A stretch of 64,000 nt of DNA from the human T2T-CHM13v2.0 reference genome, Homo sapiens: NCBI RefSeq assembly GCF_009914755.1, contig NC_060942.1. One strand, 5' to 3'. The notes beneath the pieces were generated by a model. The model searched no databases, was not told the DNA's origin, and was given only the letters and a program-made list of their open reading frames with translations. The translations under genes were made by a program, and so were the position numbers. Below, in pieces: positions 44,239-60,302 of this stretch. Position 1 is the stretch's first letter. Each line of letters begins with the position of its first letter.

Positions 44239-44252
44239 GTTGCCATGGCAGC
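44239..44252. promoter_or_regulatory. RFX X-box motif
   Basis: GTTGCCATGGCAGC matches 13/14 of the palindromic consensus GTTGCCATGGCAAC; second half-site GTTGCTATG at 44258. Confidence 0.5.
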
Positions 44253-46290
44253 CAGTAGTTGCTATGAAGGGAAAAAAGAGAAGGTTAATGCTAAATATTT
44301 TGCTAACAGCAATATCTGCCTTCTTTTTGAATTTTTCTCCTAAAGACTTTGCTTTTTAAAATACTTTGTTAAAAATATAAATCAATAAAATTGAGCAGTA
44401 CGTGCAATATATATAAATGCAGGACCTTGAACGTGTAAATATACATACATGTATGTGCATGCCTAAGGATATCTTCACATATTTGCACTAATAAATAAAT
44501 ATGTGTGTTTGATGTATATTAAATCAATGGTCCTTCTGAACCTTCAGGGGATTGGTTATTGTGAATAGCTAAATTTTCCATTTTAACATGGCCTAAAAAT
44601 GTACTCTTTGAAGACCAAAAAATTTTATTATTTAATCTATTCTGTTAACAAATTTATATTAGGTAAAAATAGAAAAAAAAAACTTATGTATTATACTTGT
44701 AACACATAAAACAATTATAATTAAATAATAAATTATATAACTCTACAATGTCTGGATCTCCTGCAGAATATAAGATCAAGAAGACAAAGGACATTATATT
44801 GTCAGCAACACCTCAATGCTTTGCAAGTGAACCATGTTCAATAAACACCTTTCCTATCTCTTCACTGAATGGAGACTGAATAAATGGATAGGAAGTTGAC
44901 CAAAGAGTAACCAACCAATTACTACAGAAGAAACCCTCCATGAATTAACTAGAGAATTAGAAGCTGAAATCTCATTTGAATTACTTAAGGTTTTAACTTA
45001 TTTTCATTAACATATCTGTGCAATTCATGCAAAGTGTCAAAATGCTTGATTACATATGTTGTCAGGTTAGAACATGGCCCTGCAGAATCTCTGGACAGAA
45101 AAATAAGAAGACCTGGTCATCATGCCTTCTTGAATGGAATCTAGGGACCAGAGTAGCAGATGACTTTGATGAAGCCTATAGGAAAGCTCAAGGTTCCCCA
45201 GAGGTATCTTGGGCTCCTTCAAGCTCACAATCAACCTATATATCTTTTTGGATTATATTTGGGTAAGGCTTGCCATGAAAAGAAGGATGAACTAGAACAA
45301 AATAAATTTTACAAAAGTTCTAACCCTAGTATCTACAGAAAACAAAACTGAACCAATATTCTACGTTTTCTGGTCTTACACACAGGGAGACAGGCATTTT
45401 TTGAAAATGTACGTGCCTGTGCTTATTGGTACCACTATACATTTATATTTCAATCTTAGCAGAGTCATCACTGCTCTTGTCAATTGTTCTGCTTATTATC
45501 AGCCAGTTCCCTGTCCTATTTCTCGTTTAGTTCTTCAAATCCTTCATTTCTTGTCTCAGATCTCTGACCCCATCCTTATTTTAAGCAGATGCTCTCACCC
45601 TCCTATTTCACCTCAGTGAGGAAATAAAAGCATCCCAAAAGAATGATTTCAACATCCTGGACTAGCACCTAGAAACTCATCTGTATTATTAGACATCTTA
45701 TCTTACTCTTTCTCCTCTCAGGCAAAGAGAGGTTACTGATTCTTGTCAAGTTTGATACCTCTATCTGGGCTGAATAACCTTTTTTTTTTTTAATCTATTT
45801 CAATCCTGCAGTATTAGTTGTCCCACCTTTTTCCTATATTTTTAGTCTTCTTCTATAACAGCCCCTTTGGTTTCAGAAAAATATTCAAGTCTCAACTATT
45901 TTTAGTGCCCAGTTCATTTACGCTCTTATATCTGCCCTTTTTATAAGGTTAAACAGAGAGAAGATAGGGCTGGGGAAGGAAAGGATTAGAAAAAAAAAGA
46001 CGTACAATTTCAAAATAAAATACATTATAGGTTTATGTGCTAGTTTGTCTTAATCACTTCTAATTTGCACATTAATATTCACAATCTGTATTCCATTTCA
46101 CCTCATTCTTCTAACATGGTTTTGCAAAGGTACCATTCTTACTGTCAAATCCAATAGATGTTTCCAGCAATTTTTACCAACTGCAATATTTGACAACTTG
46201 CCTAGTCCCTTACTTCAATTCCTCTCCTTTGAATTGATGCTTTCCTCCTTTCTTGACATTCTAATCCTTTTTTTTTTTTTGATAACCCTT

Positions 46291-46598
46291 GTTTTATTTT
46301 TATTTTTATTTTGAGAAGGAGTTTTTCTCTCATCACCCAGGCTGGAGTAAAATGGTGCAATCTTGGCTCACTGCTACCTCTGCCTCCCGGGTTCAGGCAA
46401 TTCTCCTGCCTCAGCCTCTCAAGTGGCTGGGATTACAAGCATGTGCCACTGCACCCGGCTAATTTTTTTTTTTTTTTTTGTATTTTTAGTAGAGACAGGG
46501 TTTCACCATGTTGGCTAGGCTGGTCTCAATCTCCTGACCACAAGTGATCTGCCTGCCCAAAGTGCTGGGATTACAGGCATGAGCCACCATACCTGGCC
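46291..46598 (-). mobile_element. AluS
   Basis: Full dimer; TSD tgataaccctt / tgattaccctt; small deletion in the left arm. Confidence 0.9.
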
Positions 46599-46700
46599 TG
46601 ATTACCCTTTCTGAATATTCTGTCTGAATATTCTGATGTTTGACTCTTTACTCAGGCTTTTCACAATTATGTGCCCATTGATTCTGTCCTTGATTCTGAC

Positions 46701-46915
46701 CAGGACTTAAATCATCAACTCCTACAGTTCCCAAGCCCTCAGGCTTGGACTGGAGCTATACAAATGGCTTTCCTGAGCCTCCAGCTTGCAGATTGCAGAT
46801 GTGGGACTTGTCAGCCTTCGTAGTAGCATGACTCAGTCCTTCATAATAAATCTCTTTCACTATATCTCTGTATATCCTATTGGTTCTGTTTCTCTGGGGA
46901 ACCCTGAGTGATACA
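46701..46915 (+). mobile_element. MLT2 (ERVL) LTR 3' part
   Basis: ccagcttgcag...gggactt...aataaatctc...cctattggttctgtttctctgg..aaccctga..ataca. Confidence 0.75.
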
Positions 46916-47491
46916 ATCCTAAAAGCAAAAGAATTCAGGATTGCAATAAGCTTAAGGGTCATCTTTCAGGACATTAAATCATTATGTCTCTTCCACATCT
47001 CTGTTAATGACTGTCTAGTTTCTGTAGGCACGCACTTACTGCACATTCCTCCATAAAATGACCATTTCTGTCAATGTTTCTTACATGAAGAAAATTTGAA
47101 TTTCTGAGCTAGAATTGTTCCTGGTCATCAGGTACTCCAAATTCCATCTTATATGAACTGAAAAAATGAAAACAGTTTGGGAATACTTAAATTTCCAAGA
47201 TAATATAGTTCTTCAATATTGGAATTGGCATTAAAACCCAGGACTTTTTATTACCCTGTCTCTTTGTCTAGAACACAAAAATAATGGGTTAAAGAGATGG
47301 TGCACAAGACAAGAGCATTTTAATATACAGTAAAACGAAAGAAAAGGTTTAGGAAAGAGACTTCCTGGGGCAATCAGGCTTGCATTGAGATAGGGGAGAC
47401 AGGGATTAGAGGCTGCTGCCATTTTTTCCAGTGTAGTCGGAAAGCAGCTGAAGACCTTAGACAGCTAGAGCTGGGGCTCTCACTGTGTTAA

Positions 47492-47495
<4 letters not shown>

Positions 47496-47535
<40 letters not shown>

Positions 47536-47558
47536 GGATATATATATATATATATATA
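47496..47558. repeat. (CA)~18 (TA)~10 compound microsatellite
   Basis: Direct reading. Confidence 0.92.
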
Positions 47559-47560
47559 AA

Positions 47561-47887
<327 letters not shown>

Positions 47888-49419
47888 TGATAATAGAATA
47901 TATGTCTCCAAGTCTCCATCCCCTTGGATTGTGGGGATATTATATGTAGATGCAAGTGACTGCACAGATGACAGCTTTTAACTGTTGCAAGAAACCCCTC
48001 TGTGGCCTTAGAGACTCCTTTCATTTGTTGCTTCCCAAGCCTAGTTGCTTGATCATTCTTCAGGTGAACAAGATGACCTGCCTCAATGGCTGGACACACA
48101 GCATGCTGGAGTAAGGAAGGTAATCTTGACAAGTTTGTTAAGAAGCAGCAGCCTGAGACTGCATTTCTAAGTCAGTGACACCTGTTTTCTCTTCCAGATT
48201 CTGGTCATGTCAGAGCACCTGGCAAACAACACTATCACTGCAATGGCTTGTCAGCTCACTGACATTATCTGTGCTTTATCCTCCACAGAAGCAGCTGAGA
48301 ACATAGTCTGTGTTAGTCAAAACAGTAGATCTCACTGAGATACACTGGAAAAAAGCATCCTGTTTAAGAGGATGGTTGCTGAAATCAAACGGCCTGGGTT
48401 CTAGTCCCAGTTCTGCCACTTACTAGTTGAATGACCTTAATTGAATTACATATATGCTCTAATACTCAATGTCCTCATCTTAAAATGGGTTAAAAAGAGA
48501 CATGATTGATATAATAAACAGAAGGCCATTTGCTTCTTATGCACTAAATGCAGTGATATAGGGACCTTTTGCTTGTTTATTCATTTAACGCATGGCTGGT
48601 CTCCCTGCATGCATCATGCATCCTAATATGAGTGAGAAGTTTGATTCTTGTTTTAATGACCACCATGAGAGGGTAAGGTTGGGGACTCCTATGATTAGAT
48701 ATTCTAATATAGTTGACTTTATTGCCATATCTGTCCTCAGAGTGGTGGATTCTTCCTTTGGGCATATTTTATTGAATCAGACCTAAAAGCATTTTGCTAA
48801 AATCACAAGTCTTCATTTGCAAAAGCAATCACAGTTATGTTTAATCAATGCAGGCTAGAGTCACTTTTCTCTTCAATCTGTTGAGAGACGTAGATATTGT
48901 TTCAGTTTCCTTGTTGTTTTCCCATATGTTTCTTCTGCATATTCCTGTAAATTCCTTGTTTTCCTTCATTATCCTGTTTTATCCCTTTAGCTTTTCTCCT
49001 TGGACTTGTCTTTTTTTGTAACTTCACTAGTCAATATCCTGCTTATCCTTACAGGTTTTCTAAAGTAACTCCCAGTCTCCACTTCAAGAAGTGTTTGTTG
49101 ATCTCTGAGACTAGGTATAATTTTTCTTTTTTAAATAAAGAAATCCCTAAGCATTTGCTTATCACTTGTCTATTATTACAAGTAACATTTTTCTTATTCT
49201 TTACCAAAGGTAACTTTCATGGACATTAGAGCAGTGTTCCTTTTATCTCTATGTCTCTTACAAGTAGAAAAATAATCAAATTGACTTGAAAACCTGACCT
49301 CTATTTCCTAATATTAACTATTAACAAACTAATTGTTTATAAAGTCCTTCTCTTCTTCCAATTAACACAACTCTTTAAGAATTTCAATTCTGAGTTCATC
49401 CCCCTCTCATAATATGTGA

Positions 49420-49620
<201 letters not shown>

Positions 49621-50681
49621 TGAATTTGCTCTTGAGATCAGCAATTAATTTTTCTCAGTGACACCTAATTCAGCAAAAGTACCAGTTCCTTTGACCAACT
49701 GTAATTTGTTTAAGTGCAAACCATGCATTGAGATGGAGGAGGCAGGGATTAGAGGCTGCCTGGTAGAGATGTAAGCCAAGAAATCATGGAATTATTGTCA
49801 TTAGAGATACTGCCAGAAATAAGTTTATTTACATGTGAGAGAATTCCAGGCCATTTGTATAGGTCTCACTGGGAGGAAGTTAGTAATATTAAGAGGAAAA
49901 TAATTCTCTGTGAATTTTATATCTTTTAGCCTTATGCCTGGCCTTTATAAACAGATCCAGAATAACCCTCCCCTCCATTTCCTTCTGTACAATAACTCTT
50001 CTAATATGGAAAATATAGATCATGTCTTCTATTCATTGTTTTATCACTGAACTGTATTCAAAAGATTGTTTTGTCTTATTTTCAGAAGACAGACTTCAAC
50101 CTGCAGAATCTTAAACAACAATGACACAGAGAGAAGAAAAATGAGTATATGGTTCTATCTTTCTTTGTTCTTATAGAAACCAAAAATAAGTATCCACAGA
50201 ACAAATAAATACCAACAACAACAATGAAATTTCGGTTGCAAGATCATTACATTCTAACAAAAAGGATGCATAACTGCTTGACCACACCAGATATTAAAGG
50301 TTTTTTAAACTATGCTTGATACTCCCTCTGATTGGATAAGAGTAGAATTTCAAGTCTTAGTTTGTCCCCCTCTCATAATATGTGACTATCAAAGTGACCT
50401 GAATTCACTCTCAATTTTTAAAAATTATTTTTTAGTTGAACAACTGCACTTAAATTTATTTGTCATATTAGAATTTCTGCTTTCTAGGAAATAGCTTCCT
50501 TCAATGACCTACTCCAAATGCATTTTCCCTAGCTTGCAGCTTCTTAGGAACATTGGATTAGCAACATTTTTGTTGATCTCAAATCAACCAATGCAGTATA
50601 TATGTAACTAGTACACCCTCCATAAATATTTACTAAATTCAAATCATTCAGATGAACATTAGCAAGATGAGTTTCATAATA

Positions 50682-51803
<1,122 letters not shown>

Positions 51804-53523
51804 TATATCTGTTTTTCTGGGTATAAGGTGAGTGACACTAAATTGTTGAAGGATGAGGAAGATGTTCTGATCAAATAAATAATGCTGCAGAGAAGATTAA
51901 ACCAACAGAACTCAGAAATGACTGTTACACATGAGTTTCATTCCAAAGGAGATAAGCTAAGTTAGTGTTCTGCAAAGCAGCATCGTGATCACACTGATTT
52001 GGACACTAGTTTTCTGATCAGTAAGATCAATGGAGAGGTCTAGAAGATAACTGAAGTTACTTCTACTCTCAGCTTTTAATGATCTCTTAAATTTGTTTTT
52101 CTTTGCCTCCCTCCATGCCTGCCTATCCTTTCCTCTTGAATCAATCTTTTATGTCCCATTTCCAAGAGTAGAACCAACATTCACCCAGATGCTAACCACC
52201 TCCCACCTTCCATATGCTATACCCTAGCTACGTAAAAGTACTTGCATTTTTTAGAATGTATTATTACCTCTACCTAGATGCATTTTCCAGGGACATACCC
52301 CATCTCTTGAAGGTTTAACCTCCACTGTCTTTGAAGTGAGCCATTATCTTTATCACTTAATTACACATCTTTCCAGGTACCTTATAGATTAGATGTCCTC
52401 TTTCCCCCATAAATACCAGTTCTTGAGGAAGAAACTATCAAGTTCACCTTTTATCCTCAGAATTTAACTACAGCAGAGTTTTAATAAATATTTTTTGAAT
52501 GGATTGGATTCACAAAGTCACAGCATCACATCACTAATGTTATCCTCTCATCTGCTAACCTTATTTCACTAAGCATGTGCCATCTCTGAGAAAGCTATGA
52601 AGTATTAGCATAAATAATTAAAACAAAAGTTTGCTTAAAAAACTAATTTGTGATGCAGTCTTACTTACTTTGTAGTGTTTACTTGCCAGCTGATTTGACA
52701 CATTTGAGAGTCCATTTATCTAAGCTATCTTGAAAAGTCACTGTGGCTTATTGAAGCCTTCATGTTTAGGCACTCAGTATATCCTTCATCAGTAAGTTTC
52801 TCTGAGCCTATATTTTCTTCTCAATGGGGATTGGAATATCCATTAATTTTACCATGTTTCTGTAGCTGATGCTTGGAATGCATAATAAATACATTTGCAA
52901 ATTGGTAGGGTGAATGTTTTGCAATTATAGAAGCAATTAATATTTGGTTGTGTAAGAAAAAAATATTTTAAGAATCATGCATCCAATAACAAGAAATGTA
53001 TGCCAATGCCTAAGCTTTAACTATATGTAGAGAGAATAATGTCAGAACAGTAATGCAAATGACTCAATTCATGGACAATTTAAGAACAATAAACTTTAAC
53101 TTGGAACATGTCATTATCTTCTCTAAGACTTGTTGACATACAGCCTGTCCTCATGAAAAAGGAAATATTTACTGTCTCCACAGGTATTTTACAACATTAA
53201 AATTCTGTTTGTGGCTTTTGTAAACCTCCCTGGAAAGTTACAAGTGAGATTAAAAGAAACTCCGACAGCCTGGGGAGGAGTTGATAGATGACCTGCCATA
53301 TTTAAGACAGCCAACTTTCTGCTAAGGTCAGCCCTCACATACTGAGAGGACAAAAGCAAAACCCAAGCCCCAGGGAGAGCAGAGAGGCTGAAAGAACAAA
53401 GTGTGTTGACATCAGTGACCTCTAGCCTTAGACTAACGGGAAAGACTATTCTATTATGTATGTTTATATGCATAGATGCATAAATGTTTACTTTCATATT
53501 TTTATATGGACACATATAATACA

Positions 53524-55805
53524 TAATATGTTTTGACTGAGACCCCACCCAAATCTCAACTTGAATTGTATCTCCCAGAATTCTGACGTGTTTTGGGAGT
53601 AACCCAGTTTTCGGTAATTGAATCATGAGGGCTGGTCTTTCCCGTGCTATTCTTGTGATAGTGAATAAGTCTCATGAGATCTAGTGGGCTTATCGGGGGT
53701 TCCATTTTTGCTTCTTCCTCATTTTCTCTTGCCACCACCACGTAAGAAGTGTCTTTCACCTCCTGCCATGATTCTGAATCCTCCCCAGCCATGTGGAACT
53801 GTAAGTCCAATTAAACCTCCCTTTGTTCCCAGTTTAGGTATGTCTTTATCAGCAGCATTGAAAACGAACTAATACAGTAAATTGGTACCAGTAGAGTGGT
53901 GTGTTGCTGAAAAGACACCTGAAAATGTGGAAGCAACTTTGGAACTCGGTAACAGGCAGAGGTTGGAATAGTTTGAAGCGCTCAGAAAAAGACAGGAAAA
54001 TGTGGGAAAGTTTGGAACTCCCTAGAGATTTGTTGAATGGCTTTGCCCAAAATGCTGATAGTGATACGGACAATAGAATCCAGGCTGAGGTGGTATCAGA
54101 TGGAGATGAGGAACTTGTTGGGAACTGGAGTAAAGGTGACTCTTCCTATGTTTTAGCAAAAAGACTGGAGGCATTTTGCCCCTGCCTTAGGGATTTATGG
54201 AACTTTGAACTTGAGAAAGATGATTTAGGGTATCTGGTGGAAGAAATTTCTAAGCAGCAAAGCATTCAAAATGTGTCTTGGGTGCTGTTAAAGGCCTTCA
54301 GTTTTATAAGGAAAGCAGAGCATAAAAGTTTGGAAAATTAGCAGCCTGACTATGCGATAGAAAGAAAACCCCATTTTCTGGGGAGAAATTCAAGCCGGCT
54401 GTAGAAATTTGCATAAGTAGGAAGGACCCTAATGTTAAACCCCAAAACCATGGGGGAAAATGTCTCCAGGCCATGTCAGAGACCTTCAGGGCAGCCCCTC
54501 CTATCACTGGCCTGGAGGCCCAGGAGGAAAAAGTGGTTTCATGGGCAGGCCCAGAGTCACTGTGTTGTGTGCCTACTAGGGACTTGGTGCCCTGTGTCCC
54601 AGCTGCCCCAGCCGTGGCTGAAAGGGCCAACTTAGATTTTGGCCTGTGGCTTCAGAGCGTGGAAGCCCTGGGCTTTTGCAGGCTCCATGTGGTGTTGTAC
54701 CTGTAGGTGCACAGAAGTCAATAATTTAGGTTTGGGAGCCTCCGCCTAGATTTCAGAAGATGTATGGAAATGCCTGGATGCCCAGGCAAAAGTTTGCTGC
54801 AGGGCAGGTCCCTCATCAAGAACCTCTGCTAGGGTAGTGCAGAAGAGAAGTGTGGGGTTGGAGCCCCCACACAGAGTCCCTACTGGGGCACTGCCTAGTG
54901 GAGCTGTAAGAAGACGGCCATGGTCCTCCAGATCCCAGAATGGTATATCCACCAACATCTTGCACCGTGTGCCTGGGAAAGTCACAGACACTCAACACCA
55001 GCCCATGAAAGAAGCTGGGTGGGAGGCTGTAACCTGAAAAGCCACAGGGGCAGAGCTGCCCAAGACCATGGGAACCCACCTCTTGCATCAGCATGACATG
55101 GATGTGAGACCTGGAGTCAAAGGAGATCATTTTGGAGCTTTAAAATTTGACTGCCCTGCTGGATTTTGGACTTGCATGGGCCTGGTAACCACTTTGTTTT
55201 GGCCAGTTCCTCTCATTTGGAATGGCTGTATTTACCAATACCTGTACCCCTATTGTATCTAAGATGTAACTAGTCTGCTTTTGATTTTACAGGCTCATAG
55301 GCTGAAGGTACTTGCCTTGTCTCAGATGAGACTTCGGATAGTGGACTTTTGAGTTAATGCTGAAATGAATTAAGACTTTGGAGAACTGTTGGGAAGGCAT
55401 GATTGGTCTTGCAATGTGAGGACATGAGATTTGGAGGGGCCACGGGTGGAATGATGTGGTTTGGCTCTGACCCCACCCAGATCTCAACTTGAATTGTATC
55501 TACCAGAATTCCCACATGTTTTAAGAGGGATCCAGGGAAAGGTAATTGAATCATGAAAGTCAGTCTTTCCCGTGCTATTCTTCTGATAGTGAATAAGTCT
55601 CATAAGATCTGATGGGTTTATCAGGGGTTTCCACTTTTGCTTCTCCCACATTTTCTCTTGCCACCACCATGTAAGAAGTGCCTTTCGCCTCCCACCATGA
55701 TTTTGAAGCCTCCCCAGCCATGTGGAACTGTAAGTCCAATTAAACCTTTTTTTTTGCCCAGTTTCAAGTATGTCTTTATCAGCAGTGTGAAAACAAACTA
55801 ATACA
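53524..55805 (+). mobile_element. Full-length THE1A (LTR 53524-53876, internal, LTR 55452-55805)
   Basis: Paired ~353-bp LTRs, TSD ATACA (53519-53523 / 55806-55810). Internal MaLR ORF remnants (53901..54341 and following). Confidence 0.93.
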
Positions 55806-56599
55806 ATACATATGTATATACATGTATATATGTAGTAATATATGCATATTATAGTATATAGCATATATATATATAACCTCATGAGAATAAAAATAAGATG
55901 CAGTGATTTTTTAAATATATTTTACTTATCATTATAGATTTATGCTCCTCACCCTCACTGATCTAGTTACCTTTCTGAATAATTTTGTCAGAATGATACT
56001 GGGATCAACCCAAGACAGATTTTGATGAGGAGTTACCATTAACAAAATCATCTAAATCAGGATGGCAGGCTCAAGTGCTGGCCTCAAGGTAGCCAAGCAA
56101 TAAATTTCCCTCTGGGTGCCTGAGCCAGCCAACCAACAGTCAGCAGAAGTTCAAGGTTTCCATGGATACCTCATCCTGGGCACAGGTGTAGTGATAACTC
56201 TTCAAAAGCTCTTTGCATAACTATGATGCCTGAGAGTTCAGTGGAGGTTAGCCTAATTAGTTACCAGGGTGAAATTAGTTTCTATGACAGTTTCCAGAGC
56301 CCACTTTAATCACAGGACAAATAGAAATGAAGAAATGAAATTGTGAAAGAAAGTAGAGATTTAAACTTATATCTGTTTTTATTGTTCCTTTAATATTATT
56401 GAATTATTTCCTGTTGCTTAAAACAGAAATTCACAAATTTATGTTTTAGGAAAGATATCCCATTTCCTAGCTGGATACTAGATGTTTTATGAATTGCAGG
56501 ATATACGACCATGCCCAGATTTCTGTTTTTCATGGATAAGGTACATTTTACAATTTGAAGTAGGTTGGGCTGGGTTCTACATACCTTTCAATGATAGAT

Positions 56600-57115
56600 A
56601 TTTATCACTGCTTGCCCTGAAGGCCTTCTCCCACATGTTTAAAATGATATCCCAACTTCCCTTTGGAACAATACCCTTCTATTTCTCAACTCAATAGTTT
56701 TTATGGAGTTGACCCTATTTCTGGCTTCAGGGGTAGGCAAGTAACCCAGGCCAGGCTATTCAGAGAACTACATCACTCTATCCAAATGCTGGTTGTGTGA
56801 TTAGCTTCTGACCTAAACAGGCTGATGTGATTCCTCTGTGGGAATTTTGCTAGTATTCTTGGGAAATCATCATGTCCTTTGATAGTAGAAGCTAAGATTG
56901 TGAAGTGTTTCTACCTAAGAAAAAAGTCAATAGAAAGGTAATAAGAAGAAAGAGAAAGATATAATCTGATAATATCGTTAGGGGCTCTGAGTCCACTTAT
57001 ACCTGAAGCCAACGGAATTTCCCAGTTATAGGAGCTAATACATTCATTTCTGTGACTTTATTTTTTTAAACTTCTACATTGGTATTCTGTAAAGACTGAA
57101 TGGGTCCTAACATAG
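56600..57115 (+). mobile_element. Old MLT1K/L-like LTR
   Basis: ...tctgagtccacttatacctgaagcc...cagttataggagctaatacattc...gtcctaac. Confidence 0.45.
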
Positions 57116-57570
57116 TTATCAAGTTTTTTTTCAGCAAATAATTTACAATTATGTAAGCCATTGCCTGGGACTCCTTTCTAGTCATCTGGAGTTGCCAACT
57201 ACTGTGTAGGCATTACTGTGAAAAGATCCCACAGTTGAAAACAAGATAAATTTTAAATGGCCAGGTTCAATGGGAGCCTGATACCTTTTACTAGCTCTTC
57301 ATATTTTGTACCAAATTTCAAGAATTGATTATGTATTGTTTAAAACATAAATGTTTTAAAATAGACTGAAAGCAAAAACAAAAATTTTGTTTTGGCACAC
57401 CAGAAATTGGTGAGCAGGGTACTATCACTTTCTCTTTCCATCTCATAGGACTCAGAGGGCCACTCTATCTATGATTCCCTGTGAAATATGATTATATTTA
57501 TAAGAAAGAAAGATGTCTTACTTCCTAGCAGGATATTGAATGATTTCTGAATTGCAAGATATACCACCAT

Positions 57571-57620
57571 ACATATGTAAGTAACCAGCACGTTGTGCAC
57601 ATGTACCCTAAAACTTAAAG

Positions 57621-57663
<43 letters not shown>
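57571..57663 (+). mobile_element. Extremely 5'-truncated L1PA (about 52 bp of 3' end plus (TAA)n tail)
   Basis: acatatgtaagtaaccagcacgttgtgcacatgtaccctaaaacttaaagta; perfect TSD aagatataccaccat (57556-57570 / 57664-57678). Confidence 0.92.
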
Positions 57664-57665
<2 letters not shown>

Positions 57666-60302
57666 GATATACCACCATGCCTAGAGCCACTGGACAATGG
57701 GAGAATGAGTGAACCTTAGGAAAAGGGCAGAGTGTCACAGTGAGTTGGAAGAACTCCAATATCAGTTTCTACAGATCCAAGACAGTCGTGGCTGAGATTC
57801 CTAGTTTTTTTTTTGCAGCCTAGGCCGGGTTTGGAAAGAAAGTGCAGTTTATGGCTGTCCACCCAGAGACTGCTTCATAGGGTCAAGAATTGGTGTTTGG
57901 GGCATACACGGAGGAAAGGAAGAATACGGAATTGTCCTGTGGGATCTCCAATGTTCCAAATCATTTGGGCCACCTGGGCACTGAATGACAAGCTAACATA
58001 ACACAAATAGTTTGGACCAGTGTCAATGCCAAAGACCAGTTGGTAGGATGGTCACACCATCCAGAGCCAGCAGAAAAGTCACAACGACCTAGAGGCATAG
58101 CTTCCTATCTGAGTAGAACATAACAATCCTCATGTGCCCCTCCATAGACTACACACGTATATTCTTGCAGTTTCTGCAGTGAGAGAAAGTTGATGGAACA
58201 GGAAGGAAGAGAGTGAGAGGAAAGTGAATTAGTGTTCCATTTCCTTGGCATGAGCCTCATTCTAGTTCTGTGAAAGTTCAGTCCAAGCTCTTGAAGATGG
58301 GATTCTGAACTAGACAGTGACAAACAGTAGCATCTAGATTTTGTTAAATATTTACCAGATATGGAATAGCTGTAAACTGGAAAAGACTGAAAACAAAAAG
58401 GACACAATTAATATTTTCTTGGTAAGGGATAGAGATATTGTTATTTGGCAATATTAAATTTTCTACTTTTGCATGCCAATTCACAATGGGTTGGAACTTA
58501 AAATAGCAAAATATATTTCAGTTATGTCTGTGAGTTGAGACTGTTCAATACAATCTTTCCACTGACACTCAAAAAAAAAAAAGAATAAAGAAAGAAAGGA
58601 AAGAAGAGAAGGATGGAGAGAGGAAGGGAAAAAAAGGAAAGGACTCAATCCATTACTGCCATCATTTCATGTTAAAAAGGTCATTTTCAAAGCAAAACAT
58701 AAAATGAGGAGGAAAGAACTAATATGACCTCTACTTTCTCCTTTTTCTATTTTATGGAAGAATTGTGCAAATTGTATGAACTGGCAATTGGATGCAGAAT
58801 ACAAACTTTCTGATAGAGCTTCTATGATTCCCACTCATTTACATTTTCAAGACTATCTCCCACTTTGCCTCTTTACTCTTGGCTCAAATTACATCAAACT
58901 ACGTAATTTTTTTTTATTTAAATATACATTGCTAGTTTTCCCTTCATTATTTCTGTATCTGTACTTCCCTTAGCTAGACATGTCTTTCCTTTCTCATCAG
59001 TCTAAACAATCAATAATTATATTATCAAGACAGGTATGAAACGTTAGTTTCACTGCGATGTCATTTTCTCTTATGTTTCTTGTACTTGCCTCTATAATGG
59101 TATTTATCACATTTCTCTTTAATATTTGTTTTTATATTGACATATTTTACTTAAAATTAAGCTCTTTGAGGGAAGGGAGGAAGTATACAGTAATAGTTAA
59201 AAGCATAAATTCTTGTACTTACATATCTGTAATGAAATCTCATAATCATGAATTCAAATCCTATGGAGCATTAGGCAAACTATTTTACCTCTCTGAGCAT
59301 CAGTTTAGCTGTTTTTGTATTTTTTTCTCAGAATTTGGTATTACTATACAGTATATGTAATACATGTTTGATTATTAAAATCATGAATGGATTGATTTGA
59401 ACAAATACATGGAGGGTGTTAAGACAGCCTCATCTTTAGTAAGGGGAAGAAGTCACTAAACAATTTAGATTTTTTTCTAGTTTATTTTCCAGATAATTTG
59501 TGTTATATCTGTTGGGATGCAGCCTAATTAGCAGAGTTTTGTGCTTATTGACTGGTAGCAATGTTATTCAGGGTATATTTCTTTCCTCAAATATGAGCAA
59601 TATAGTAGTTCAAAGAGTTACAGTGACCTTTCAAGTGAGGCAGTAATTAGAAATTTTGACACGTTGCCCTTTGCAACTTGTTTGATGGCTGTCAGTCCAT
59701 GTATGATTTGCTGATAGGACATTTATCCTATGTCCACAAAGATAAAAAATCACTCTAATAGGGTCAGGGTCATTGAATAGTGATGGTGCAAGCAACTCAG
59801 ATCTGCTTCTTGAGCTGGCAAGAAGGGGGTTAGTCAAAGAATTAGAGACAAATATAAGTGAGAAGTTATCCAATGACAGAAGTTGGGATCTCCAGAAGTT
59901 AAGTGACTCACCCTAGGTCACAAAGCAAATTAATAATAAAGCTGGCATGAACCCCCAAGTCTTCTGACACCACATCAATGCTAGAATGACATGGTGAGTG
60001 CTTCCTCTTCCTTCAGAATTTCTCCTTGAAAGCCATTGTCTTTGGATGCATACAATATCTGACACTGGCACACACTTGCTCACTGTTCTCAATGGCAATA
60101 TTTTGACCCTAATAGTTTTTATCTCAAAGTAAGTATCTTTCTCCTGAATTCACTTTCTTTCATTCCAAACATAAACCTCTTGCTTAGTTTTATTAAGAAT
60201 TCCCTCAGCAGTGCCTTCAACCCTCCAACCTTTTGTTCTCAAGCACATAAATCCAATAAACTTCTAGGCCTTCTTGAAGTATAGGAATCCTGGTTTTTAC
60301 AT

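Noticed and set aside
53901-55262. Cluster of ORFs suggesting a novel gene
   Set aside because: All within the THE1A internal region; broken MaLR ORF remnants and antisense noise.
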